DNA from: Trichoplax adhaerens
Taxonomy: Eukaryota > Animalia > Placozoa
Reading direction: 5' to 3'
DNA length: 64,000 nt
NCBI RefSeq assembly: GCF_000150275.1
Contig: NW_002060971.1
Coordinates: 165,212 to 229,211 of the forward strand
Part shown: positions 28,201 through 48,500 of the stretch, piece after piece
How positions within the stretch are numbered: the first letter of the stretch is position 1
Layout of the letters: the number at the start of each line of letters is the position of its first letter
Translations under genes and position numbers: made by a program
The notes under the pieces: generated by a model
What the model was told of the DNA's origin: nothing
The model's database searches: none
The model's input: only the letters and a program-made list of their open reading frames with translations

Positions 28201-31200
28201 TAATCTTATCGCCTTTACTAGAATTAGTTTTTATCGCTTTAAAGAATGATAGCGTACATGCTTTTGTTACTGTAAGATAATTTTTCTTGTTACTGACATT
28301 AATTTTGTTCCGATAGATATGATTACTTACATATACGCAGTAGATACAAGATATCACATCATAATTTAGCGAACTATAATATCTTTTACTGTCTAGGAAT
28401 ATCTTCTGAAGTTAATGATATAATTTCAATTTAAATACCTATGATAATAATAATCATCATCATATGTATTTAAGCGGAACTTGAAATGCGTTTGGGTCAA
28501 AGCCCTTTTAAATATATGACGCCAGTCGCCCGACGTCTAAAATATAAAATAAAATTTTATATTTTGGGCGACCAGTATCGAGTTTAGGAAAGGATTTAGC
28601 CAAATATGTCTAGTTCTTGATTCGACGCAATGTAAATGTAGCTCTACTGTAAGCCAGTAAAAAGCGAAGTATCACGAGCGAGGAAATGCACTACGGTAAT
28701 GCAAGTTTTATGCTCAAATTAAGCCATAGGTCAAAGGCTCACGGTTACAACTTCGTGTGATCTATAAAATTAGGTACAGCTAGATGCAAAGCTGGTAGCT
28801 AGCTTTTTATGTTTTTTTTATTAATATGAAACTTGAATAGGCGTTGCTGGCTTTACAATTTCCGGTTGCACAATTAGATACAACTTCGTATGATTTATAA
28901 GTTGCGTATAGCTGATACTGTAGTTAGGTTCTATAATTTAATTCTGGCACGGAAGTTAAAACAGATAATGCAGGCTTAATCATACTACTTACTAGTTGTA
29001 TCATTAGATATCAGTATAGAATAAGCTTAAACCACATTGATAGAAATTTTTAATTTAAATATACGAATGGGTGCGTATAGTGCATTTCTTCAAAAATGTT
29101 ATCCTTGGGCCTCTATGCATAAAATGTCTTATAGCGTACAATCCATTATGAAACCCTTAATTCTATTAAAGCGACATGATATTTGCTATCCATACGCGTA
29201 AAATATGACATATATTTGTCTTCTATAACAGTCCTCTACGTTAGTTTAAATCTTTGGAGAGAATCAGGTATATGCTTTGTTGTTATGCAGAAAAGAACCA
29301 TTCTTTATTGAGATGCTGAGATCTTTTACAGCCCTAAGGCTAAGATAGTATTTACTTGTTGGAACGAATTATAAACAAAGCAATTCTTTGTTTAGATACA
29401 TGGCTTACTCATTGAATTCTATCATGTTACGAATTCATTTTATTGATCTACGTGCACATGCAAATTTGCTTTAATTAGCCTCCTTAGAAGATATACCCAG
29501 TAAATTGATAAAAAGCGGAGACGCATAATAAAATCATTCATGCCAGTACGCTAATATACAGTGCTCGTTTAGATTAATCACGCTAGAAATTTTGGGCAAC
29601 TTTTAAGACTTGATTGATAAGTTATAATTATTATCCATGAAAAAAAGCATTCAAAAAAATCTCAACTAATGACTTCTAAAACCCCTCAGGCAGGATTCTA
29701 AATTGTTACTAATTATTTTCCGTGGTGATTGTCAAGGATTGATCTTGACTATTGAAGGCAGAAAAGTAATGCCAATGTTGTATAATTCAGTTTTGTGTAA
29801 ATTATACAGTGGACAATGCTGACCACTTGATATAATTGATATGTTCCTATTTCATCAAAATGTCTGTAAACGTTTAATTTCATATATGGAAATAATTAAC
29901 TGATAATTGCCGCAAATAAAACGTGGGCACCGAATCAGATATAGATTGTATGAAAGTTTATGCTATAGTCTATACTGCCTATTTATGAACAATTTATTCG
30001 TTATGACAGTAGTTCCAACTTGTTCTCTCGGAAGTAGCTATCACATCAGGATAGTAAAGTGGAAGTATTACACAGATGGAGCATTTCGTAAGGACCGTCT
30101 CTTCATGTGTAGCAGTATAGTAGTATATGATTGATTTATAAGACGGATATTTTACGAGACAGAAGTTTACTTTGGCCAATGAGACAAAGCAAATCAGGTT
30201 GCTGGCGTTTGTCTATCCATGATGGTATTGGTGTCTTGAATAATATTGATAACGAAACAGCTATTAACATTAAGCGATTTCATTGATTACTAAGTGAAAA
30301 GTATCGCCAAGACAGATCATTTAGCTAAAACTAGCAGTCATTATTTTCGTCCTCAACATTAAACAGCATTGAACAGCATAAAAAGATTGCTTACTCCTAT
30401 GAATACTAGTGAAAATGGCATCGATTTATTAGTCCAGACCACACTAACAATAGACCTAGAAAAAGTTTACAGTTCATAATTGCGCAATTTAATAGCCATA
30501 ATGTTGTTGTCTTGTATTACATTGATACCTTACAGACAGAATCAGAAGTCAATTGACTTTTATTTGTGATATCTTTGGAAGAAATAATGCCAGTTCTGTA
30601 ATTATATCGACTATAATAACAAATCCATTGACGTTGCATAGTCACTATGACAACCTTGATTCGACTACTTCTAGTATTGCTACTCCCAAGCAATTGGAAT
30701 ATGAGACGATGATGGAGTTATATGGAAATAGGGAAATTGCTATAACTGTATCAAGTCTTTTCAATGGTACAATAGCTACGTAAACAACGAGCAGTAACGC
30801 TAGATTTTATTCTATAGCGAATTAATTACTGAATGAGTGTACATACGAAGATGAATGGTAATTTTGCAAATTTAGACTTATTAGCCTACAATAAAAGATT
30901 ATTTCTCCATGGCTAGTTACCTATTCGATTTTCTATTTGGCGATAAGTTATTAGGAAATCATGTTGAAACGATGACGACCAATTGCTTTCTAATCGAAGT
31001 GTATAAGATCTTAATAGGGGAATTAATCTTGATTTCTCAAAATATCGACGCATGTTTTAACATTACAGTAATCTAATTCCATAGAACACTAATTTGCTCT
31101 AGAAAGTGCATTCATGTCCAATTTTTGTTGGCGCGCCGCAATCATCAAATGATTGGAGATCGAAATCAATAAACTGATTTGAGTGGTTACATTGAATTGT

Positions 31201-32376
31201 CCTCAATGAACTATTATCGTTTTATTGATCAATAATTATAATTTTATCATCGCTTATGTTGTATATTGTACTATACTGTACGTCTGTACCCATCTTAGTG
31301 AATATGGACGCATAAAATAGACAAATTCGTCGATAAGTTATGCATTGCTAACCAATTCATTAGCTCATAGTCAAAGATCTAAAGCATCTAGTCTAACCTA
31401 ATGGTCATGCCGTTCAATCGTTCTTCCACTCAGGTTATTCAATTCAATAACCTGATGTTGTCGATACTCGATAAGTCACTACCATTAAATTAAATTCTCC
31501 TCGATCTACTTTGATTTACTGATAGCCTCTACACATTTACGTCCTTGGGATAACGTTCTTCATCAGAATGACAGTTTTCCCTTTCGGCTATTTATTCTCT
31601 CCATCTTAATAAGAAAAATAACAATCATAATTATGACTTATTATTATGACTTAATGAAGAATTGTTGAATTGTATTTGGTTCAAATGATTGACGATCTCA
31701 TTTGTGCGTGGACTATCGTTCGACCTTGGATTGCTGTGCTATAAATTGTATAGCAGTTTTTACATAACCTTCATTAAAATCAATTATAGAAAGCATCACT
31801 GTGGTCTCCATTTGTATGGAAAGTCAATGAATAATTTTTCTACAATCGTCATCACTCTTGAAAATTAGCTTATGTAACCTTTGTAATAATATATCGATCT
31901 TGTTCTAGACTGTACACTGTACAGTAGACCGTAGACGAGAGAGAGAGAGCTAGCTGTTTTGGAGAAGAGAACTTTATATATTCTCGTGAATCAGTCAGGT
32001 ACAAGGTAGAGAGATGGCTATACCGCTACACATTGAATATCACGGTCCATTCGATCGTGTTGGTAGGATTTATGAAAAGGTGGGATGGGATAAATTAGTG
32101 AGACTATTGTTAATGCTCCTGTCTTTCTTTGTAAAACGCTTCGTCTACTACAGTTAGTCTCTACTCCTTCCGTAGCTATGGTAGTACACAACTGCAATTT
32201 CTGGAATTGAAAGCGGTGATATAACAGCAATGCGGATGCTTTATTAAGTTAATTAGTTATACTAACCGACAGTGAAATAGGACAAACTACTGTCGTCCTT
32301 TATTGTACAGTACGATGATTGAAAGTTTTTCAAATTGACTGTATGAGCAAAGTTGATGATTTCCCTATGCTAGGTG

Positions 32377-33265
32377 TTGTTTAATGGCTTTGCAAACTTT
32401 CAAAATTGATGTTCGGGTTAGCACAGAAAATATCATTCAACAATGACACACTGAGAATGCGAGCAGTGTTGTTGGTATTTTCTCAATTGACTGCCGCAAC
32501 TGGCTATTAATCTATTACACCGTCGAGTCCATTTGTTCAAAGTCTTTACAAATTTTCAAACTTGATATTAGGGTTAGCACAGAAAGTATCATTCAACAAT
32601 AATACACTGAGAATGCGAGCAATGTTGTCAGTATTTTCAATTTACTGTCGCAACTGGCTATTAGTCTATTACACCATCGAGGACGTTTGTTCAATGACTT
32701 TAGCAATTTTCACAGAAAGTATCATTCAACAAGGACACACTGAGAATGCGAGCAGTGTTGTTGGTATTTTCTCAATTGACTGCCGCAATTGGCTATTAAT
32801 CTATTACACCGTCGAGTCCATTTGTTCAAAGTCTTTACAAATTTTCAAACTTGATATTAGGGTTAGCACAGAAAGTATCATTCAATAATGACACACTAAG
32901 AATGCGAGCAATGTTGTCAGTATTTTCAATTTACTGTCGCAACTGGCTATTAGTCTATTACACCATCGAGGACATTTGTTCAATGGCTTTAGCAATTTTC
33001 ACAGAAAGTATCATTCAACAAGGACACACTGAGAATGCGAGCAGTGTTGTTGGTATTTTCAATTGACTGTCGCAACTTGCTACTAGTCTATTACACCGTT
33101 GAGTCCATTTGCTCAATGTGTTTACAAATTTTTAAACTTGATATTAGGATTAGCACAGAAAGTATCATTTCACAATAATAGACTGAGAATGCCAGCAGTG
33201 TTGTTGGCATTTTCAATGGACTGCCGCAACTGGCCGGTAGTCTATTTACACCGTCGAGGACATTT
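32377..33265. repeat. Higher-order tandem repeat: six monomers with alternating 156/133-bp spacing (289-bp dimer x3)
   Basis: CACAGAAA.TATCATT at 32422, 32578, 32711, 32867, 33000 and 33154; alternate monomers share diagnostic variants. Confidence 0.93.
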
Positions 33266-33559
33266 TAACATTTGCCTTCTAATTTGGCACTATCAATCGT
33301 GAAACTTCCATCTAGCAAATGAGTCCCATTGCAGACAGACTATCACCATGACTATCATACTCAGTCGTCAGTACTCGATGAAGACACGCCATTGGACTTT
33401 TCCGCTCTATTTTGTAGTCATTTTAATTCATTTTTAGAAGGGGACGAAATTTTTAAATTTTTCTGTCTGTCGTCCATGACTGATTGGATAGTAGCTGGTA
33501 GTTCAACTTCCGATTCATTTTGCCTATACAAACTGTGTAGACTGGAGAACGACACCGTC

Positions 33560-34409
33560 GAGTAGACTACAGTCGATATCAAGGCAGCAACCGGCGAGAG
33601 TGGTAAAAGTTCATCCTCTCACTCGAGCCTTTTACAGTACTACAGTCCAGCAGAGTACAGTACTAAGGTTTTTCTACAGTACTGTACTGTAGGAAAACAT
33701 ATGCACAATCTCTTGGATACGGCTTCCTTTCACGATCACTTTGGCATACGGCGCTTGTTGAATAACACGGCGTACGGAACACAACCCTAGCGGTTGTCCT
33801 AAGCCAATCTGCTGAGACCCGGTATGACATGCAAAAAAAAAAAGCAATGATTGACCCTCCCAAACGATCGTTTGTACCGTGACATACACACGAGTCACAC
33901 GCTACGTGAACAACGGTGAAGCGATGAGGTCGGACGCTAATAAAGTCAACTCGTAGCGCTCGTCCATCCCTATTCTACTGTACGCTCACCACTGGTGTAC
34001 TGCTGTCATTTTCCTCTAGGATTTTATTCAACTGGTGCAGTCGTTGAGGCCAAATCGACGCACAAATTGAAGTCTATTTGGATCAATTTTATTCTATATT
34101 ACATCCTTTGACAACCCTTTTGCACCAATTTTGTATCCAAGTACCGGTAAGATTGCTTAACTATGGCTATTTGTTTTTTCAATGGATTGGTAATTTGGGT
34201 ATTCCTTTTTGGAAGGTTTTTTTTTTTTCATCTTAGTGGTTTTGCTGTACTGTAGGTGTAGGACAACTTTCTTTGAGGTAGACGCTTTTGCCACTGTCAA
34301 CCAATTGAAAGCTTCTTTTTTTTTTTGTCTCTTTTCCTTCTTTTACTAGCGCTTGTACCTCGTTGAAACCATTTTCAATTGAATTGCTGCCAAATTACAA
34401 CTGCCAAAA
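33560..34409 (+). promoter_or_regulatory. AKT promoter/5'UTR region with smaller TA-CWG-TA island and probable 5'UTR intron
   Basis: TACAGTACTGTACTGTA at 33675-33691; GC-richer segment; CCAAT near 33804; donor-like GTAAG at 34147 and pyrimidine tract + AG ending at 34349. Confidence 0.55.
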
Positions 34410-40768
<6,359 letters not shown>

Positions 40769-42565
40769 ACCTAAAGTTAAATATCATCTCATATTAACTT
40801 ACCACGCCAGAGAAACCTCACGGAAGCTTTATCAGTAATGATATATTATTCATTATTTCGTCCTTACCATTAGTACAGTATCAGTGCATTACCTCTGTCT
40901 TTCTAACCGCCTCATCGGTAGATATAATGCGGCTACGTGAATATCATTTAGCTCGTTACTGCTTTGCGTAAAAGTTGCAGTGTTTGGATATATTTGCTCT
41001 CAAATCAAACTAAGTTCAAGCCAGAAAAATATGTAATCAGTTACGGTCACTATGTCTGCATTTACTAGGGGATTCTGTAAAATTTTTGTGTTACTGAGGT
41101 AATGGGCTCTAGAACGCTAACTCTTGTTTATAACTATAAAATGATTGTAAACATCAGTGCAGTTAATATGTATGTACTGTAGTACGTAATAACTGTTATA
41201 ATACGACAACTATCATTGTATGTCATCATACTTTAGCTTTTTTTATTGTAGTCCAACCAAAAACAAAAACTATCGGAAAAAAATGGTTAGTTTCTCTTTA
41301 AAATTGTTACCGTCATTGATTGTGGCAGTCCGTATTGAATTGTTGATACGGTATAACTGTTATTTCTTGTGCTGCATTTAATACAATATAAATATGAACA
41401 GTACCATGAAGCTTTCTACTCGCTATGGTTCACTAGTCAATGTATCGTATTTAACTCAAGGTGATGGTGGAGTTAATTGGTTACTTTCCGTAGACTAGAC
41501 ATATTTTGCAGTTTTAGTTACAATCTATTATGAATAGGATTTAACTTTTTGCTTTGGGACAAATTATTTTAGTTTTTAATTTGTCTATTAATTAATTTTA
41601 CTCTTTCTCCTTCGAAAATTTGCCATAAATTAGCTACCACTGTACAATTTTAGGCTTTTTATGTTAGGTTCAAGATATTAACTGCGTTGAGATCCAATCA
41701 TTGTCAACAGGATGATTAAGAGTCTGAATAATACGATATCTTTACAGGGATTATAGAACTGTGCTATCATTGGCATAATAAATACCGATAGAGTCAACAA
41801 TAATTTTACTCTAATTTTTATGAGTTAAAGGAGGTGTTCGCATTTGTCATTTATTTCTGATAGATCGTACAAACAGTATGGTTATAAATTTGGCAAGCTG
41901 ATATATTAACATCAAAAATAACTTGGACATACATCGATCATTTATAATATACTAGTAAAAATAGTCAAATTTCCAGATAGAGCGGCTAATCTTATCAACA
42001 TTAACCGACATGGACGAGAGTTTTAGTTAGTGAAGAGCATTTGCACTACCTTAAATGTAGAAATGACTTTGAGAAACCCTCTAATTGTCCAATACCGATA
42101 ATATAATACATGATACTAGGGCAAAATAGATCTCTGATATTTGTGTCGACGATGAAGAATACTTATTGTAGTGTTGTGCTAACTAACCACAAAGGGGGTA
42201 GTCAAAAATTTCAATGCCGCAACTTATACCATAACTAAAGAATAAAATGTGATCGACTACAGTATGATTCAAAAACATTTTCTTAGTAGGATAGGATAGA
42301 AAATTCAGTAATATAACCGTACAATCATTCTGAATATTTACAATAAATGCAAGCATATTAAAGATGAGAAATAGAAAAGTACGAATTTTTATCTAGATAA
42401 GAAATAAGTATTTGGAAACCCTCAAGCATGAAAATATCCTATATTTTGATCTTACAAATCATCGGTTCATTTTATAGGTATGCTCGTGCATACATTGTAT
42501 ATTATATAAATCATATATACAGTACATGCAAATATTGCGTATTGATGCATTAGTACGTCTTTAAT

Positions 42566-45500
42566 TTAAAGACTAAAGTCGGTATCTAAAGATGATGGAG
42601 TAGAAGAAGTAAGATGAGCTGCAGGACGATTCTTGAAATTGTTACCTTGAGTCTGAGAAGATTCTTCATCTTGCAATTCCTGTAATGCAAATAACAATAA
42701 TTGATTTATCCACTGATGGGTTCAAAATTAATCGATATTTATTTTTTATTAAATGCATAATCGGTATTCAAAAAATAATTAACATTATAACAAAATATTC
42801 TCTAAATGTGCAACATATTGTAGAAGAGAAGATATGTCAATGAGGTTATTCCAATCTCGTTTTACTGCATCAATTATTCAATATATACTATATTGTAAAT
42901 TTTATAAGCTACTAGTACAGTATATTAAAACAACAACTAGGTAACTGTAGTACGTTGCGATTTATCTATATAACAAAGGACAATTAGCTCAAAACTGGCC
43001 AACTAATTGCTTTTCGTTTATTATTATTATCAACTAAGTAATTAATTGATTTAATAACATAAATTTTCTAAAAGGTATTTCAAATACACAGTGCTCGATA
43101 GAGGGGAAAGTCTGATAACGTTTAGAAATGAAATACTAGAAATACCTTATCCGTTCTCCATCTGACACCCCTCGACAATGTAAATGACAAGTGCAAATTC
43201 TCCCAGCTATCTAGAATATCAGGTATAAGTGGTTCGACAGGTAGCGGAATGGGTATATGACGTTGAAAGTCTTTATAACGCTGTATCATCATTTTTTGCT
43301 GCTTTGAATCTACGAAAAATCCAATCATTTATTGCCATCAATTCGTCTTAGGTACAATATTTGTTTCTTCAGATAAGTTTTGAATGTAATAAATAAGTAA
43401 GATAGCTACCGACACTGAAATATCCTACAATGGTATAAACTAATCAACGCTTAATGAATAAACTTACACCACGGCATCCTGAACTGTTTTTCACCAGGTT
43501 GTGGAGGTATATATTGTTGCTGAAATCCAGCCCAGTACATTAATAATTCGCGAAAAACGCAAGCTTGCGCATCATCAAAGATTGCCCCATCTCGCATATC
43601 TTTGCTAAAGTTTCTACTGTAACGGAAACTCTGTACAATTCTATAAGCAATTTCGGGTGTAACGTCGACCTAAAATGAATTTAAAATAATATTAAGCAAA
43701 GCATTAAATTAATTACTATTACCTCTCAACTATTATTTACTTCTGACTTATCATCGTCATTGAATTTATTTAAAAGAAAATATTCTACAGTTGTATCTAA
43801 TCACTGGTAGATTATATATATTCTTTTAACCTGCACAGGAGGAGGCGATTGGGATAAAAGGTAACATTCAACGATAACATTTGCTTTGCCTCTAAGAATG
43901 TGCTGTAAATAATAAAATATCATTATTCATTACATAATTCATTTACAACCGATATCGCTATTAAATCTAGATATCGTCGCTAAATCAAACTAAAGTGTAG
44001 CCTAATTTGGTAGCCAACCAATATCTAAACTAGGATTGCTAGCTGTGGCTTATGATAGAATTTTATTACTAATAAACAGAGATTTTAGTTTCCATTTATT
44101 CAGTAGTAAGTCATATTTAGCATATACATTCAATATGGATAGGCTTAATAATTGACTTTAGATAGAATAACTAGTTTAGTATCCTTTGCTATATCGAATT
44201 TGAACAGACTCATTCTTTAAAGAACGGAATATATCTTAATTACAGCTATTAGGCATCGCTTATATTTCGGTGATAATTATAATTTATTTCTAGTAAATAT
44301 ATTTCGGAATTTTCTTGCTCTACCATTATAAGTATAATAATTTTTAGAGTGTGTGTTGATAATAGTATAAATTTACTGATTTACTGCAGATATAGTAACT
44401 ACACGAATATTAAAGTAGACTTGTTTTAAAAACCGGAATGCAGCTAAATTGTACCCTATCAATTCCGAATAACCATAATGATTATTTCATTATTCGATAA
44501 TATGTAGGAGTCGTCCTATAATTTATTCGTTAGCAGTATTCAGAGCAAGGATTTCATTATTGTGCTAGTTTATATTACTTTACTGCATGGTGCTAGATAC
44601 TTCTAGCAATGGATGTGACTTCTCTAATATCAGATAAAATTTCAACTAATTTTGTAACGCAGTTTTAGATATTAATCATACACTGATCAACCTCTTGTAA
44701 CTATTTTCTAACAGAAAAGGTGGAAAAATTTTACTCAGTAATCATTGAATGGAAGGAGAATTAAATAAAATAAATCACTCAGTTTGACATCTTTAAATTA
44801 AGTGGATGCAAAAATTTTGATGTCAGCTATATCATTGATATCCGTAAGACAACCATTTAAACATAAATCAACATTTTACCTCATCGGAATAATCAATAGC
44901 CATTTCCTATTGAAATAAAATGAGATTAAATGCTATATTAGAAAAGTTTCACTCGTAGATTAGATTTACAAAAGCAATTTTAATCGTAAAACCAGTTTAA
45001 AAGAGAAATACTATGCTAAAAGCTCTGCCTTTTAAGTTAAATTTTAATAAATAATTTTTGTCTTGTGTTAACTTCTGGAATAGTTTGACTTTGTTAATTA
45101 GATCATGTAAGATATCTTAAAGTTATAAATTATGGCAAAAATTATTACCATAAGATAATCTAACCTTGTATTTTTGTATTTCCAACCAAAAGCATAAATC
45201 ATTGACAAGAAATGGGAAGCCATCTTCTTCTCCACATTGCGATAAAAACCGTTTAAAGTATTCCATTTCTATCGTTAATTTACCAGCTGCACATTCTTGT
45301 AAAGCTTGTAGGAAAGATTCCTTTTCGACTTTAATTGGTTGAATTCTTCCTGGTGTCTAAATAGACCGAGGAAAATAAATATTCAGTTTAAAAGAAATAA
45401 GAGAATAGGAGAACTGTCTTGAAACTTTAAGTTAATAGCAGAACTTACTTTTCCTCTGCCTTTCCTTCTATTTTTCCAGGCTACCACAATGCTACGCGTA

Positions 45501-48500
45501 GTACTGCCAGGCCGTTTCTCGGGCTCCTTACCGTCTTCATCGGGTTCAACTCGAATACTTTTATATTGATCGGCAAGATGGACCTTATGAAATTTAATTT
45601 AGGATTTAAATGTAATGATCATCGCCATACTAATGCAGGCTGATGAAATAGAAAGGAGTCGTTGGGGGATTGTATCACTTAATAATAAATTACGGTCCAT
45701 AAATTTATCACTGTACCTTCATAAATTTCTTGAAACTATTATCCAATTGTGGACGGATAAAATCCTGGATTGCTATTAGAATTTCTTCTTTGGGAGGATT
45801 AGATGGATTCTTCTTAATGCTATTATATAGCTTATCCGGTATGAGCACATTTCTTGATAGATGGTGGTAGCAAAGACAACTTTTAGTTAGGTATGACAAA
45901 ATTTATAAATCTTACCAATCTATGATCAAGCTTACCTTCTTGCATCTTGCTTGATGTACACCCTAATAAGAATAAGAATGGACGGCATAAGGTAAGGAGA
46001 AAATAGATTAAATGATCTCAAAATTGTGCCAGTAGTACAATCAAGATTAGAAGGATAAGGTATCATTTGAGCCAAGTGTTATCGTTTAGGTTCAATTTTA
46101 ATCTTACTTTAAGATATGATATGACTGAACTTTTCGCTGTGATTTCTTGACGGTTGGAATTTTTTTAAATACTTCAATATCCAAATAGAGCAGTAATTTA
46201 TTAAAATGTTTTTCTTCGGCATTTTTTTGGATGAAATTTTTAAAGGAGTCCATAGTTCTAATCCAAAATAACGAATTCAATAGCGTTAGCCATCACTATG
46301 CAAAGATGAGTAGGGGTATAATAGTTTATAGCAGCAACTTACAATTTATCATCCGTAAAGGAAATAAATGACAATGGCCGAGTAATACTACGATGGCTTT
46401 CAATCGAGACTTGATCATCATCTTTTTCTTGCATAAGTGTTTGTGCTTTAACTCCTTCCTTAATCATATTTAGAGTACGCTGTTGAGCACTTTTGCTGAT
46501 CCTCTTTTCAGTGGCGGATGAACCTGTGCGTTCGCTTGGCGATCCTAACTTTCGCTTATTTATATTCATTCGATATTTTGCATTTTTCAGAGCCATGTAA
46601 ACGTAATTATTATCATCGGCTAGCGTTAATGCTCGATGTAGCCGAACACCACGTTCTGAAGCTGTTGAATCAGGACGTCTATCAAGAAAAAAATTTGCAG
46701 CAAGAAAATCGTTAAGATTGCAAATGGACTGGAAAGGTTCATTAATTAAATCTATAGGTAAGCAATCTGTCCTTATTTCTGACATCGCTATTATCATCTA
46801 CTAGGGATATTCTTAAATCAGTAGGCTCAAAGTAGCAAATAGCCATGCTCCAATATACTCGTATTTACCTCTTCCAAGATGATGGATAGACTGTAACCAT
46901 GTCGCGAAAACTAATACGACTTCTATTTCTCGGTGTATGCGATGGTGTAGTTGCGAATTCATTAAAGGTGCCATATTCGACTTCCAAAAAGCCGCGAATA
47001 TCGGTTTCATAAAAATCTTTCCAATGGTTACGTAAAATTTCTTCAACTCGAGCCTATGAAAAAGATAGATCAATTTTAATTTAGCTTGTAAGTGAATGGA
47101 TGAGCAAAATTTGAGATGTAGCAGAGGATAAGAACGAAAGACGATCACGCTATCTTGACTATCTTGAATGCTACCTTAATAGCATAAAATCCAGCACTGT
47201 ACAATGATTGCTGATCTTCTCGTTGTAAGAATTGGCGAATATTTTCTTCTTCTTCTGTGGTTGCCCCAATGTAACATTCTCCTTCTTTGTTAATAAATCG
47301 CTTCCATAAGCTCCAAGCTACTGATAACTGATAGCGTCGATTTGAACTTAATTCTTCAACAGATTCCATACTGCTAATTTCTTTCCAAAATGAACAAATA
47401 GAGATCGCTTGCGATAGTTTTTGCCTAGTCATCAGTCCAGTTAATTCAATGAAATTGTTAAAATTATAAAAAAAATTCAATTGATGGAGGAAATAATGGA
47501 CCTCCAATGAACACTAGCATCTTTGCTCGTCTACAATTATGCCATTTACCTTTCTAAATAAGCGATAAATGGATCACCAGCTAAAGTATCATGGCTCAAA
47601 CCAGCAATAAATATCTCCGTTGTAAATGGACTAGACGGTTGAAAATTTGAAAGAGCATAGTAGAGGGATAAGCATATAATTAATTCAATCAATTGATTAA
47701 CTGCGCTAAGTATAGTCCAATAAAGATGGATGCAGCACCTGGACTATCCTTATAATTATAGGTAGAATAAAAATGAAACGAGATATACTCATCTGTACAG
47801 ACTTACATCTTAGATCTTATACCGGCGGATCGAGTCTTTTTCCTGCTACTACCCCTTGTACCGGTTGGATTTAAAAATTCAACCTTATCTTCCACTTCTG
47901 GTGCCTTACTAGCAAATGGATCTAATGGAGCCGATGTATTTCGTCGAGGACTCAATGTAGGTAAAAAAGTTAAACTCTGATAAGCTCTTTGCTTTAAAAT
48001 ATTATCGACATCTTCAATTTGATGAGTAGCAAGTTCCTCTTTCAATTTCGCTCTATAGTGATAAAAAGTAGCACCGTAAGTAGATATACTTGTATAAGTA
48101 TAAAGAATTAAATTTACTGGAATATCTGTACTGGTAATACTAGGTAAGAATCTACAATTATAATAATTTCGACCAATAAAATTAGATATAAAGAATTGAA
48201 TTTAGTAGAATATCTATGCACGTATTACGCGTTACGCATCTAAAGCTATATTAATTTCTACCATTGAAATGAACAGATTTACTTTTAAAGATTTAGGGCT
48301 ACAATAGCTCGTTTACACGATATAGGGCAATATCAATAAACTTTAGAGCGAAGTAAAGAAACGAGAAATTAAGATGATTTAAAAACCGTTATAAAATAAC
48401 GCTTACCTCAATGATGGAACTTTCTCGACATGGAGGAGAAATCGATTACACCAATACGATCTCAATCTTCGCAAGATATCATATTGCGCTTTTGCGAACA

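Noticed and set aside
28879-28910. loxP-like ACAACTTCGTAT half-site (second degenerate copy near 28748)
   Set aside because: No properly spaced inverted second arm; consistent with chance within a small degenerate duplication
25568-30783. Scattered 60-108 aa ORFs in the intergenic interval
   Set aside because: AT-rich, compositionally random translations with no motifs and no consistent exon chain
32562-33302. ORFs of 67-108 aa in the higher-order repeat
   Set aside because: Frames shift between monomers; non-ATG starts; by-product of the repeat
33404-33620. Open minus-strand frame (EDELLPLSPVAALIS...NELK) divergent from AKT
   Set aside because: No upstream ATG or clear splice sites and no recognisable homology; cannot support a gene
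45880-45915. Apparent 36-nt micro-intron in the RGS22-like gene
   Set aside because: Phase analysis favours an ordinary ~82-nt intron from the donor at 45935 (…VYIKQDARR|NVLIP…)
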